In this document: positions 13,630 to 25,500 of the stretch, in pieces
How positions within the stretch are numbered: position 1 is the stretch's first letter
Layout of the letters: the number at the start of each line of letters is the position of its first letter
Source of the DNA: Carcharhinus amblyrhynchos
Lineage: Eukaryota
Length of the DNA stretch: 64,000 bases
Direction of reading: 5' to 3'
Assembly: GCA_965287045.1 (NCBI GenBank)
Contig: OZ336872.1
Coordinates: 104,966,001-105,030,000, forward strand
Notes under the pieces: generated by a model
What the model was told of the DNA's origin: nothing
Databases searched by the model: none
What the model saw: the letters and a program-made list of their open reading frames with translations, nothing else
Position numbers and translations under genes: made by a program

Positions 13630-14190
13630 TGGCTGGAACTTTCCAGCTGTTCATGTCAGTAGGATCCTCTGGTCCTACCTGTGGTGTGTGCTGTCATTGG
13701 GAAACCCCACTGACAGCGGCAAGACCAGAAGATCCTGCCATGAGAAACACAGTACGGGGATGCCAGAGTATCCCCCCCTCCCCCCGCCCCCACTGCTAAC
13801 CTGGAAGCCCCCGTGACCCACTGCTGTGATGTTCCAGAATCCAGGGTTACGGGCAGCCAAGATCCTAAACTCCAGAGGCAGCCCCTGGCATTGTTCAGAT
13901 GTGTCCCAACGTCTGTACGACACATTGTTCTGAACATGTTTCTTGCCGATGTGTTTTCCCACTGGAATCGTGGAGAATCTGGCGTGGGCAGAGTAGGGCC
14001 CGTTAATGGGATGCAAATGAGGTTCACTATGGCTTTTGGATGATCTCCTGACCCGCCATTGAGTGCACCAGTGAAAGATCCAGCTGTGAATTTATGCTGG
14101 TATGAAACCAATTTCTGGGCCTCCCACCATATTCTCCCACCCGACCCATCATCAAGCCCACCGACGGGGGCTCAGGAGAATTAGGCCCTC
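13630..14190. mobile_element. MITE / Harbinger-like non-autonomous fragments
   Basis: Termini GGCTGGAACTTTCC and GGAGAATTAGGCCC resemble those of other MITEs in the window. Confidence 0.45.
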
Positions 14191-15309
14191 AGTTAACAAC
14201 TGACCGATGTTAACATTTGGAAGTATTTTGATGAAAAAGGTGCTGTAACTGGGATTTGCATTAAAAAATTTTAAACAGTTCTTCTCACCAGTGTTTCAAG
14301 GTAGGGAGCAGGTTAATTTGGTGAAATAAGGGCACTCAGTTTGTAGCATGACCTTGTCAGGATGCTGATGCGATTACTGAAGTATTTCATTTAAGTTCAA
14401 ACATTTCCCCAATATAGAAAATTACAGAATGTAAAATCATCTGCAGCTCTTTGCGTGGATATGAAATTCTTCACCTGTATTTTTCTGCTGTCTTTCTGTT
14501 CCCTCCCCATAAATGTGGTATTCTTTCGCAGCATAACAGATACAATTTTTTCTCAATGCTGATTAATCAATCTATGCATTATTCTGGACAATTTTTTTAT
14601 TTTCATTTTCAAGGAAAAAAGTTACGAAATGAATTCCCACCATATCATTAGATTTGTTCTCGGAACTTATTTTTCTTACATGAATAAATATAATTTTGAA
14701 ACCTACCTGGGAATTTGATTTTTGGCATTTTAAAAATCTCGGCTCAAAATCAAATTATTTTCTCTCTCCTATCCACTGAAATTTACAACCAAGTCAGTGA
14801 TTGAGGCTGTGTACTGAAGCACTAGCAAATTGTTACTGACTGGGACAATTAATTCAGCATGAAGCTAAAAATCTAATGGAAACCAGGAATAATATGCTGC
14901 TGACAATTCTCATCCAATTGTCGGTGTTCTGAGAAGGATCAGTTGGTCTCACTTTGCTCAAGGTTGTTATTTTGGGATATTTTGTGTTCTTCAGAAATTA
15001 TTTTAGACTTACTGTCTTGATATAAATTCCACTATCTTTTGTTCTGTGGTTTTGGACAGCCCATGAGAGTACACCCCTTTCTTACTGTACTAAATGACTA
15101 AGAGTAATATTTTGAATTATTTTAGCATTAAATAAACACTCATCCCTCTCTTTCTTTTAGCCACTCCTTTATATTACAGAAATATTTAAATAACTCATGT
15201 GCTGGTCTTCATTTCTGATGCCTTTAAATAATTTACACTCACCAGGCACTTGGGCTGTGAAGCCACACTAAAACAAACTATTTCTCACAGTCAATCAAAA
15301 GAAACATCT

Positions 15310-15462
15310 TGGGATTTTCCGGCCCAAATCACTCGCCCCAAATCCAGAAATTCCGGCCTGAGGTCAACGGGCCTTTGCATGGTTTACCCTCCCCGCCGCT
15401 CGCTCCCCCCCACCCACGTGCTACAGTTCCTTTGGAGGGCTGGATGGGAAAACTCTCTCCCC
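15310..15462. mobile_element. MITE (GAGGTCAACGG.CCTTT family; also about 5797-5920, 11711-11790, 55895-56030)
   Basis: Shared internal motif CCAGAAATTCC..CC.GAGGTCAACGG.CCTTT and GGGATTTTCC-type termini in four dispersed copies. Confidence 0.6.
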
Positions 15463-15777
15463 ACTTAAATATATTTTTGAAGTATTGCACATCAGAATAG
15501 TGTAAATATTTCTTACAGCTCCATGCTCAGTGAATAGAAACTAAGTGTTCTGAGTAGGTTTTATATGTTCTAAAGTTGGTGATTTTCCACATGCTCCACA
15601 CAATAACATTTACTGACAGGGTTCTGACTTAAGTGTTGTACCTAAGAATGTATTATTTTCTTCATATGTCAAATTTCCACCTTTTCTGTGATTATATTTA
15701 AGTACAACTGCATTCTAGAGATGACTAGAGAATTCTATGAGACAGGTTGGACCACCACTCACTTCCAGCAATTTACA

Positions 15778-16095
15778 GTGGCAAGGTGGCACAGTGGTTA
15801 GTATTGCGACTTCACAGCACCAGGGACCTTGGTTCAATTCTGCTCTCGGGTCACTGTCTGTGCGGAGTTTGTATGTTCTCTGCGTGGGTTTCCTTTGCAC
15901 GCTCCAGTTTCTTCCAACATTCCATCGATGTACAGGTTAGGTGATTGGCCATGCTCAATTGCCCCTTAGTCTCAGGGAAATTAGGAGGGTAAATATGTGG
16001 AGCCATGGGGATAGGGTTTGGGTTAGATTGTTGTTGGTGCAGCCTTGATGGGCCACATCACCTCCTTCTGCACTGCCAATTCTATGATTCTATGA
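15778..16095 (+). mobile_element. V-SINE (HE1) with CR1-type tail B
   Basis: GGTGGCACAGTGGTTAG A box, GGTTCAATTC B box, V-domain, tail (TTCTATGA)2. Confidence 0.85.
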
Positions 16096-16164
16096 AAAAC
16101 TTTGTCTTCCTGTGGTCAGTCCATATACCATATAGTACTTCTACCAATGACATTCTCTCCAACA

Positions 16165-17560
16165 AAAGGTAAGAAATGTGGATATCCGCTGATGATTGAG
16201 AGTATTCAGTTCCATTTGCAATTACTCTGATAACGAAGCAGTCTATTCCCATAAGGAGTAAGATTTGGATACTGTCCAGACTTGGGCAATGTGACATGGA
16301 ACATTTGCATGACACAAGGCAATGACCATCTCCAACAACATGGCATCTAACTCCCTCCAGTCAAGATTTAATGGCATTACCACCATCAGGTTCCCCACCG
16401 TCAACATTCTAGAGGATTAGTATTAGCCAGGAACTGAACTGGATCAGCCACATAAATACTGGAGCTAGAAGGATAAGTCAGAGGATGGGAATTCTCCAGT
16501 GAGTGACTCACATCCTGATTGGCCACAATCTAAAAGCTACAAGTTGGGAGTTTGATGGAATATTCTCCACTTGCCTACATTAAGTGTGGCTCCAGCAGCA
16601 CTCAAGTAGCTCCATGCCATCCTGAACAAAGCAGCCCACTTGATTGGCACCCCATCTGCTACTTTAAACATTTGCTCTCTGTGACACTGGCACAAATGGT
16701 GGCTGCAGCGTGTACCAACGGCAAGAGGCACTGCAGCAACTTGTCAAGTTGCCGTATCTAAGGAAGGATGTGCTGTCTTTGGAAAGGGTCCAGAGGAAGT
16801 TCACAAGAATGACCCCTGGAATGAAGAGCTTGTCGTATGCGAAATGGTTGAGCACTCTGGGTCTGTACTTGTTGGAGTTTAGAAGGATGATGGGGGAATC
16901 TTATTGAAACTTACAGGATACTGCAAGGCCTGGATAGGGTGAATGTGGAGAGGATATTTCCACTGGTAGGAAAAACTAGAACCAGAGGGCACAACGTTAT
17001 GCTAAAGGAGCAATCCTTTAAAATTAAGATGAATTTCTTCAGCCAGTGAGTGGTGAATCTGGGGAACACTTTACCACAGAAGGCTGTGGAGGCCAGGTCA
17101 TTGAGTGTCTTTAAGACAGCGAGAGATAGGTTCTTGATTAATAAGGGGATCAGAGGTTATGGGGAAAAGGCAGGAGAATGAGGATGAGAAAAATATCAGC
17201 CATGATTGAATGATGGAGCATACTTGATGGGCTGAGTGACTTAATTCTGCTCCTATGTCTTATGGTCTTATTGTCAAGCCTTCATCGACAGTACTTCCCA
17301 AACCTGCAAACTCTGCCACCTAGAATAACAGGCAGGAGGTACATGGGAACATCACCATCTTCAAATTCACCTCTAAGTCACACATCACCCTGGCTTGCAA
17401 ATTCATTGCCCTTTCTTTAGTGCTGTATCTAGTCCCTGGAATCTCCTACCTAACAGGAGAATGGAAGTACCTACGCCACATGGACTGCAACGACAGCACT
17501 TTTCTCAAGGACAATTAGGGAGAGGCAAGAAATGCTGGGCCAACCAACATCCTGAGAATG
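16165..17560 (+). mobile_element. Older non-LTR retrotransposon 3' fragment (L2/CR1-group), interrupted by a younger CR1
   Basis: RT C-terminal-like MEYSPLA... and ELNW.SHIN motifs; sequence is continuous across the nested insertion. Confidence 0.6.
16749..17270 (+). mobile_element. 5'-truncated CR1 LINE with 8-bp target-site duplication TTGTCAAG
   Basis: PYLRKDVLSLERVQRKFTRM...LGLYLLEFRRM and (CTTATGGT)n tail. TTGTCAAG at 16741-16748 and 17271-17278. Confidence 0.9.
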
Positions 17561-18099
17561 CAAAACATATAACATGTTACTATTTAAGGTTAAATATTAC
17601 TTCAGATGCCAAATTCAACATAGACAGCCCAATTCGGCAAAGTCCTGCGCAAGCATGTTTGGATGCGTGACAAGGCTCCACTCCCTGGGTGGTAAATTAA
17701 ATAAATATCTTATTGAAAATGACAGCATAATGTTCAACTGGCACAGAAGGAATGAAAGAATTTGAAGCAACAATTTTCTAATTTGATGAAAGGAATGTCC
17801 AGGTGTATGGCAGCACAGTGATACTGGTAAAACTGCCCAGAGTTTGTGGGTTCATCTGGTTCCTTTTCAGCAAAAACTTCACCATCAAGCACTTGTAACA
17901 ACAGGGAAGGCAACACACCGCTCCATACATAGTCTGGCCCACAATGATTCCAATCCCAAAAAATCTGGGTGACTCTTAATGTGCACTGAAGCCCCTTAGC
18001 AATTATGATAAAGTAAAATCATAAGATAAATATCAAATGTAGGTTTATTGTAACTGATTCAGGCGTCAAATTAGGACAAATCTCAGGCAATTCCAGCCC

Positions 18100-19166
18100 A
18101 ATTAACTCTGCAAAGTTTTGAGATTTGTACAACGTGACTTTCAGAGACTTTCTCCCCCACGTGAATCCTCTGTTTTTGCAGTGCAGAGTGCACTAGCGTG
18201 ATCCACTCCAGAAACTAGCAGGCAGGGCCTAACGAGGCTGCCTGCCTAACGCTGAGTGGGCCACTGCACATCCGCAGATCTGTGAGTGCCGAGATTGTTA
18301 CATGTGCAGTGGCCCCTATTTGCTGGCCTCCCGATCACTGGACCCCGCACCCCCTCCCACAGCCCAATCACTGGCTCCCTGAACATGTCCAGGCCAGCCT
18401 TGACCACCATCCCTCCACAATCCCCTCAGTCCCAATCTCCAGATACCCACCCCCAATCACCACTCGCCCCCCACTACCCCCCACCCTGCAGTCCTGACCC
18501 ACTCTGCAGCCTCAACCCCCCCCAGCAGGCTGCTCCCCCAACCCTGATGGCCAGCCCCAATCGCTGGCCTCCCTCACTCTGTCACTCAGCCCAAAGTGTC
18601 AGAGTGGCAGCGAGACCCCCCACCCCCCCCAGGAGACCCAACCCGCCCATCAGGCCCCACCTCTATTAAACCCCACCCCCTTGGCATTACCCAATCCCTG
18701 ATGGGCAGTGCCAAGGTGCTCCCTGGGCATTGATACTTTACTCCTTGGGCAGTGCCAGGGGACTCTGGTGGACACTGTCAAGGTGACAATGGCCAGGGGG
18801 CACCACCTCCTCGGTGCTCCACCTTCTGGGGGGGTGACGATTGCCCCCCTTCACTCCAGCAGGGTCGGGCCGCTAGATCCCTGCATGTGGAGAGCTATAG
18901 TAAACCCCACTGGAGTGAAATATTCCTGGCAGTGGTGGTGGGATGGCAGGAGAGAGGGAGGAGTGGGTGGAGATGCTAGAGATAAATTACATTTAAAAGG
19001 AATGCGTAGGAGGATTTAAATAATAAACCAATTTCCCATGCGCAGCTGACAGCACCAGAATTCTGGCATCTGGAGATGCACAGGGAGCCCACTAAATGGC
19101 CTCCACACAAGTCTCCTGGCCCACTGCGTTACAAAAGCAAAGCAGTGGGATGGGAGAATTGCCCCT
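18100..19166. mobile_element. C-rich non-autonomous DNA-transposon-like element
   Basis: C-rich interior with GGCAGTGCCA(A/G)GG motifs also seen at about 55250 and 59840; terminal GGGAGAATTGCCCC. Confidence 0.4.
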
Positions 19167-19189
19167 CTTGTCTAAAGTATTGAAATGTT

Positions 19190-19320
19190 GGCCAGGATTT
19201 TCCAACCTCGCCTGTAGCTGGGATTCCCCGGTTCCACTGCAGTGAATGGAGATTGGGCTAAGCGCCAAATTCTCTGTTCTTACAGGCAGCTGGGTGTGCG
19301 AGACCGGAGAATTGCGGCCG
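19190..19320. mobile_element. About 130-bp MITE, family X
   Basis: TIR-like GGCCAGGATTTTCC...GGAGAATTGCGGCC. Internal GGCT.AGCGCCAAATTCTC shared with 36647, 48619 and 63257. Confidence 0.7.
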
Positions 19321-20014
19321 CTGTTTTTCTGTCTATAATGCCACTTTGTTCCATCCACCTGGTAATCACCAATTTTCAGTCTAGTGCTTTAAAATTGCCC
19401 TTAGCAGGATTAAAAAGGAAACTTCGTTGGATCAAAATTGGACAAGAATGTTTATAGTTATTGAGTGCTGTATAATTTAAGACCAATGCTTTCTTGTTAC
19501 AGTACTTCTGGCTACACCAGTCTCAAAGCAAAAGCTGTGTGTGCGTGCATGTTTATGCATGTGAAATACTTTATTCAAGTGTCCAAATACTGATTTTAGC
19601 AAAGTTAGAACATCCACTTTATCTTCGAAGTGATGTTTAAAATGTTCCAAGTTGACTGTTTGTAAACATTTTAATATTCAGTTCACTTCAATTTCAGTTA
19701 CATTGCAGCCGGTGCAAAGCCATTGTGACATGAGACTAACATTTTGACTGCTTCTGCTGAACTGAATCCAGTATGAACTAGCTAAAGTTGCACTGCCGGT
19801 TTTCTATTCATTCAATGTGAGTTTCACATTGTATCAATGTAAATTGTTGCAAAAAACTGAGGATTCAAAGTGACAAAATCCCATTATTTTGGCTGATTTC
19901 ATTTATTCCAAAATTTTTGCATTCTACAATGTAAAAGGTTGGGAGCCGCTCACTGTCTATCTGTGTCTTATTTTTATGGCAAATGTAATGTGAGTGGCTT
20001 CAGTGTGACTTGCT

Positions 20015-20380
20015 TTTTTTTTACTCATTCACAAGTTGTGGCCATTATTTGCAAGTCCAGTGTTTATTGTCCATCCCTAATTGCCCTTGAGCAGGTGTTG
20101 GTGAGGCTGCCGTCTTGGCAATTGAGTGACTTACCAGGCCATTTCAGAGGGTTTGCAAAGAGTCAATCACATTCCTTGGCTCTGGAGTCATATTTAGATC
20201 AAACCGTTGAAGAACGGCAGCCTATCTTCCAAATCGTGAACCAGATGAGTTTGAAAGGCAATCTGGTAGTTTTCATGGCCACCATTACTCATATTGGTTT
20301 TTTATTCTATACTTAATTCGTTTGGTGCAAACTGAACTCATGTTGCTTCAGTCCAGGTTTCTGGATTACTGGTCTAGTTA
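20015..20380 (-). mobile_element. Older tRNA-derived SINE, host of the tRNA/V-SINE chimera; resumes at 20772-20795
   Basis: TTTATTGTCCATCCCTAATTGCCCTTGA and GGCCATTTCAGAGGG motifs; similar to 7515-8509. Confidence 0.65.
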
Positions 20381-20688
20381 AAAATTTATTTATTAGTGTC
20401 ACAAGTAGGCTCACATTAACACTACAATGAAGTTACTATGAAAATCCCCTGAGTTACCATACTCCGGTGCCTGTTCAGGTAGACTGAGGGAGAATTTAGC
20501 ATTTCCAACGCACTTAACCACAGCATCTTTTGGACTGTGGGAGGAAACCAGAGCACCCAGAGGGAACCCACACAGACATAGGGAGAACATGCAAACTCCA
20601 CACAGACAGTGACCCAAGGTGAGAATCGAACCTGGGTGCCTGGCGCTATGAGGTAGCAGTGCTAACCATTGTGCCACTGTGCTTCCCC
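20381..20688 (-). mobile_element. V-SINE, tail type A (3' part of the tRNA-SINE chimera)
   Basis: Complete head with GGTTCGATTC B box, V-domain and tail ...GTGACACTAATAAATAAA. Confidence 0.9.
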
Positions 20689-20698
20689 AAAAGAATTT

Positions 20699-20771
20699 TG
20701 AGCTAGCCAGGAATCAAACCTAGAATCTTCTGATCTGCAGTCAGAAGCGGTATCCATTGCGCCACTGGCCC
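20699..20771 (-). pseudogene. tRNA-Arg(ACG)-derived pseudogene; anticodon position now reads GCA
   Basis: Minus strand GGGCCAGTGGCGCAATGGATACCGCTTCTGACTGCAGATCAGAAGATTCTAGGTTTGATTCCTGGCTAGCTCA (73 nt). About 8 differences from vertebrate tRNA-Arg-ACG as I recall it. T-loop GTTCGA is mutated to GTTTGA. Confidence 0.88.
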
Positions 20772-22043
20772 CTAGTTACAAAACCACTATTCTTATCATA
20801 TCACTATTTGATGTTCAAAAAGCCAATTAAAGTAAGGGGAAGATAAGGAAGAATTCAATGATCTCAACAATGTTAAGGACACATCGAGTAAGATTTGTTA
20901 TCAATAAGGTAAAACAGACTGGCAATTCAATTATGCCTTTGGAGTTCTGTTAATACTTACATAACCAAAACAGCTCACAGATTTAAATCAGAAGGAATGA
21001 TCATTACTGATTTAGAACCTATTAGCATTGGTGAACTAGTAGGCATAGCTTTATTTTAAAATTTCCTTTTTGAGAAATGACACTAACAACCTATATCTAT
21101 GGACGTCTATGGCTCAGAAAGTAATAGCCTTGCCTCTGAGCCTGAAACTCTGGTTTTAGTCCCAATCTGGAACTTGTTGCCTATTGAATGACTACTCCTG
21201 ATATGGTTCAACAGGTTGGTAAATCAGCTTGCTAATCCTTCCAACACTTCCCTGTTATCACTAAAGGGGAATAAGTGTTTGTGAAGATAGAAAATAATCT
21301 TAAATCTGTTTCTCTTTCACAAATGCTGAGTGTTTTCTGGACATTTTTTTGTTTCAGGTTTCCAGCAACCGAAATATTTTGCCTTGATTTGATTATATTG
21401 GGTAAGTTCAATGAAATCTATTTGAATTCTGTGCAGGGTAGAAGAAGGAAGCTGACCGGGAGGTGTGTTGTTACTGGGTATGGTAATGAAACAACTCAGC
21501 AGTGTTAATGGGGTGTTCTCAACATAAGCAAGAGACCTGAATTATCAACATAGCAATGTGCACAAAAAAGTTATAATTATTTATTCCTAGGTTGCTAAGA
21601 GAATGTTTGTGATAAGTGTCACTCATTCCGCATTAAGTCAAAAGATGATTGGAAGAAAGTAAAAGATCTTAAGTTGTTCTTTACAGAAGGTGAGCATAAA
21701 ATCTATTTAATTTTTTAAATTAAAATGATATAAGTTAAGTATTATTGGGAATGGTGGGATTCCAAATTTAGATCAGCCTGAAAAATTTGAATACTTATCT
21801 CTTTCTTATTCATCAATTAGCTCCCTATTGAGGTTCTGTGTCCCACTTAATGTCCTCTTTTCTATGATTTGCCACGAGCAGCCCTGTATGATAAATGCTT
21901 TAAACCATAGACATGCCATTATAAAATTCTTTAGGGAAATTATCATTTGATCCTCAGAGGAAGCAGTATTATCCTGTCTCTAAACTTACATCAAGTCTAG
22001 TTTACTTCTCCCCACCACCCTCCCCCTTCTCAGTGACTCAGTA

Positions 22044-22172
22044 AAAAGTCTCATAACACCAGGTTAAAGTCCTACAGGTGTTTTTGGAATTAAAAGCTTT
22101 TGGAGCACTGGTCCTTCATCAGGTGAGTGGGGCCCACTGACCTGATGAAGGGGCAGCGCTCCAAAAGCTTTT
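22044..22172. mobile_element. Penelope-like element termini in inverted arrangement, with decayed hammerhead-like cores
   Basis: Inverted repeat 22092-22172. Each arm carries CCTGATGAAGG..CAG.GCTCCAAAAGC; left flank AACACCAGGTTAAAGTCC.ACAGGT. Confidence 0.65.
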
Positions 22173-22394
22173 GTGTGGAATTTGCATGTCCCTCCCATAT
22201 CTGCATATTGCCTGTGTGTGCTACGATTCCCTCCCAAAGTGCAAAAGACGTGCTCGTTAGGTGCATTGGCCTTGCTAAATTCTCCCTGGGCGTAACCAAA
22301 CGGGTGCTGGAGAGTGGCGACTAGGGAATTTTCGCACAAACTTCATTGCTCTGCTAACGTCAGCCTACTTGTGTCACTGATAAATAAACTTTAA
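22172..22394 (+). mobile_element. 5'-truncated V-SINE, tail type A
   Basis: V-domain remnant plus tail GGCGACTAGGGAATTTTC...GCCTACTTGTGTCACTGATAAATAAAC. Confidence 0.8.
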
Positions 22395-22499
22395 ACATAA
22401 CGAGTGCTTTTTTAAAAAAAATTATTTTGGCATTTTGTATTTGCAGAACAAATAAGGACTTCCTGAAATTTTGCCTTGCTCCTGTGGTATATGTACTAG

Positions 22500-22513
22500 C
22501 CCGTAGGTGGCGC
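22500..22513 (+). promoter_or_regulatory. CTCF-like binding motif CCCGTAGGTGGCGC
   Basis: One mismatch to the CCASYAGRKGGCRS core consensus, CpGs retained. Sits at the edge of the repeat-free domain. Confidence 0.5.
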
Positions 22514-25500
22514 GACAGGCTTGGCTTTGAACCAGCGTTTCTCTTCCGTCCCCTTCTATGAACTGGCTTCAGGATACAGACAAGAAACAAATAACACGTT
22601 TGGCAACACATTAACAATATGCACCGGATGTAAACCTTCCTCTGTGTTATACTGTGTTATACTGAAGCCTGTCTATGAGTTAACAATGACGACTCATCTA
22701 TTACCATCCAGTATTAGCATATAGATTGCTGGACACACACACACACCACACAAATGGGAGGATTATGCATTTATCACACATATCTAACTAGCCGTGAATA
22801 AAGTGTTGGAGGAAGGGAAAGAGTACACACATTGCCTCTTGGTAACGTCAATAGAAATACACACCTGAAGGTTTACTTTGCTAAAAAGGTTCTCAGTAAT
22901 CGCTGCACCACATTTTCCCATAACTATTTGTTTTATCTTAAATACTTGTGTATTTCTCGACACGTACAACATAGAAATAAAATCTCAGTATTTGAGCAGG
23001 AATTTCACTCTGGCTCAGCAACCGATTTCCAGAGACTTCAGGTGCTCGGTAAAGTGACAATAAAGTGATAATGAAATTGTGAAATCCCTTGGCTTGATTT
23101 AATACTTCTCCTTAATCTGTGCCCAATCTGGGAGAAATACCGACTTTCAAATGTTATCATTAAACGATTGACTGATGGAAGGAAAAGAAAACAAAGGCAA
23201 AATTGACTTTTTTATTCATTGAATTCGGACTCCGAATAAACATGACTTTTCAACTATAGTTGCCTTCATTTTTTCTCTCTCTTGCAACGTTCAGTATCTT
23301 TAATTTAACATTGTGTGGTTCGAGACTCACAAAGCGCAAGCGTGTGAAGCCGGTTTCAGCTAAATTAACCTAGAACTTAATCACTTTGATGTCAATCCTT
23401 CAACTGAAAACCAAATCTTTTTTAAATTTCCCTGGAGCCGTTTAATCGATAGTTGGCCAACTCTGATCTTGCTGCATGTCCCATCCGATCCGGGAATGCA
23501 TAGCTACCGAATTATTTTGAACGAAAGTTGAGCCACGATATCGCGGGGCTGGAAGTTGGGGGGGGGGGGGGGGGCGTGGGGGAAGGTGCGGAGTGGGGAA
23601 GCAGAGACTTCATTCTCCCTGGATGCGTGCTGCGGGACAAAGAGCCGGGTAGGGTTTGAAAATGAGATTTCACAGTGAGGACATTTCCCAAAAAAACTGG
23701 CGTGGCCGCAACTCGCTTTGCTTACAGTGGATTGTACACTTAACCCCTTCATTTTCTCCTTTTTTTACTCGGCAAGTTTAAGGGGTTTCAATCTTGTTTT
23801 CTTCAACTTCAGTGACCACCCCCCGCCCACCCCACAAATATTTTGTGAATTCTAATACGGATGTTTGAAATCAGGAGTGAACCCCCCCACCCCCCAACTC
23901 AACACTAGAGGAAAATGACCCGATTAAACTCACAACTCTCTACAACACCGCTGCTCAGTTCATTCGCTTTCAGTTCATTTCTATCTGACCTTCAGCTCGG
24001 TAAAGTGACTGATAATAAGTTATCTGCTCACTTGTTTTTTGTAGAAAGATGTTTTCTTTTAATTGAATATCCAAATGTAATCATCTTTAATCGGCAGGCG
24101 TTATTGGTGTACAACTTTACACACGAACATGACACGGCGGAGTGTCGAAGTTGCCTGTTTTGGGTGTTAATATAAGTGTCCTTGGTCACAATGTGCTGCT
24201 CCTCATTTTCCTGCTATGCAAGTGGCACAGTGAGCATGAGTTGTGGCAGCTCCGAGTGTTGGGGAGGTGTTGGCTGGAGTGTAGCTTCGATGTCGGGTTC
24301 CAGTGACAGACAGGCACTCACAGGGTAGAGCGGGGAACAAAAAGGGGGGGACGGAACGGTACCAGAGTTACCCTCGGAATTTCTGATCACTGTTGTTTGT
24401 ACTTCATAAACCCGCCAGTACTGTAGGCGCACTGCAGTAGCTGCACCAGCAAAGGGGAAGCTATTAAAGTCAAACCTCGCTTTAACCTTTAGAATGAAAA
24501 CAGTGTTTAAGCACTCAACCTTATCTTTAACGCCTGGCTTTCACTATATATTTGAATAGGAAAGTGTCAAATTATCAGTTGATACGTTTATGCCTTAAAA
24601 TGGTTTGTAAACCTGATAGAGATTGTACGGGGACCAAGTGCTTACGTCAGGAGATATCTGACGAGCATTTTGCTTTGTGGAAGAATACAGCTTTCAGGTG
24701 AGTCAGAGCCGTTTCCAGTTGTTGCTCATTCACCTGTCTGATTCATTCCGAGAATCAGGAGAAACCGCAGTCACTGATTCATGACTGGAAGCAGTGATTT
24801 GGCCCCCCAATAATTCATGTTGTTACTGGAAATATTAGTGAAAAGAATGATCTTTAAGTGCAAATACTAATATTGCCCATTGCAAAAAGTAGAACGTCAC
24901 ATTGTAGCTTATGTACACATGCTCGCCCATGAATTAGAAAACAGCACCATCCATTGTGACATATCCTAAAAATGAACATTTAGTATGATGTGTTCATGTA
25001 AAATAAAATTTGATCAGATAGCCATGTATAATTTACAGTGCCAATAACAGTAGGCCATATTTTGGATGTATATGTGGACGACATGTTTCTGAAGAAAAAG
25101 TCAATGCTGGGATTTCAGGGAAGTTTAGGTGGGAAAGCACTCGTGAGCTGCTCTGAGCTTTCCCTTTTCCTGAATGAACCCGTGAAATATTTTTCTTTAA
25201 CAGAACAGTTACCACTTTTCTGTTTTAATTCGTGAAAGAAACTACCGTCTCCACGAGAGTATGAGAGGACATTTCAACGGTTGAAATGAAAGTCTAAAAA
25301 TGCAGGCCTTACAAGTATATGTTCCCCAGAGGTGGCATCACATTGTTAAAGGTTCTATTTACTTCAGGGGACAGTCTCCGCCGTGTGTCGCTTCTGATGA
25401 AACAGTAAATGGGACAAAGTGGATGAACAGAAAAATAAAGACCACCCCCCCCCCCCATTATCAAACGTTAGAAAAGTCGCAAGAAAACGCTTGCTAAAGA

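Noticed and set aside
18282-19019. Proline-rich ORFs
   Set aside because: They derive from the C-rich interior of a repeat element; no recognisable domain.
20699-20771. Functional tRNA-Cys(GCA) gene
   Set aside because: The body is tRNA-Arg-like, the B box/T-loop and stems are mutated, and it sits inside a retroposed insertion.
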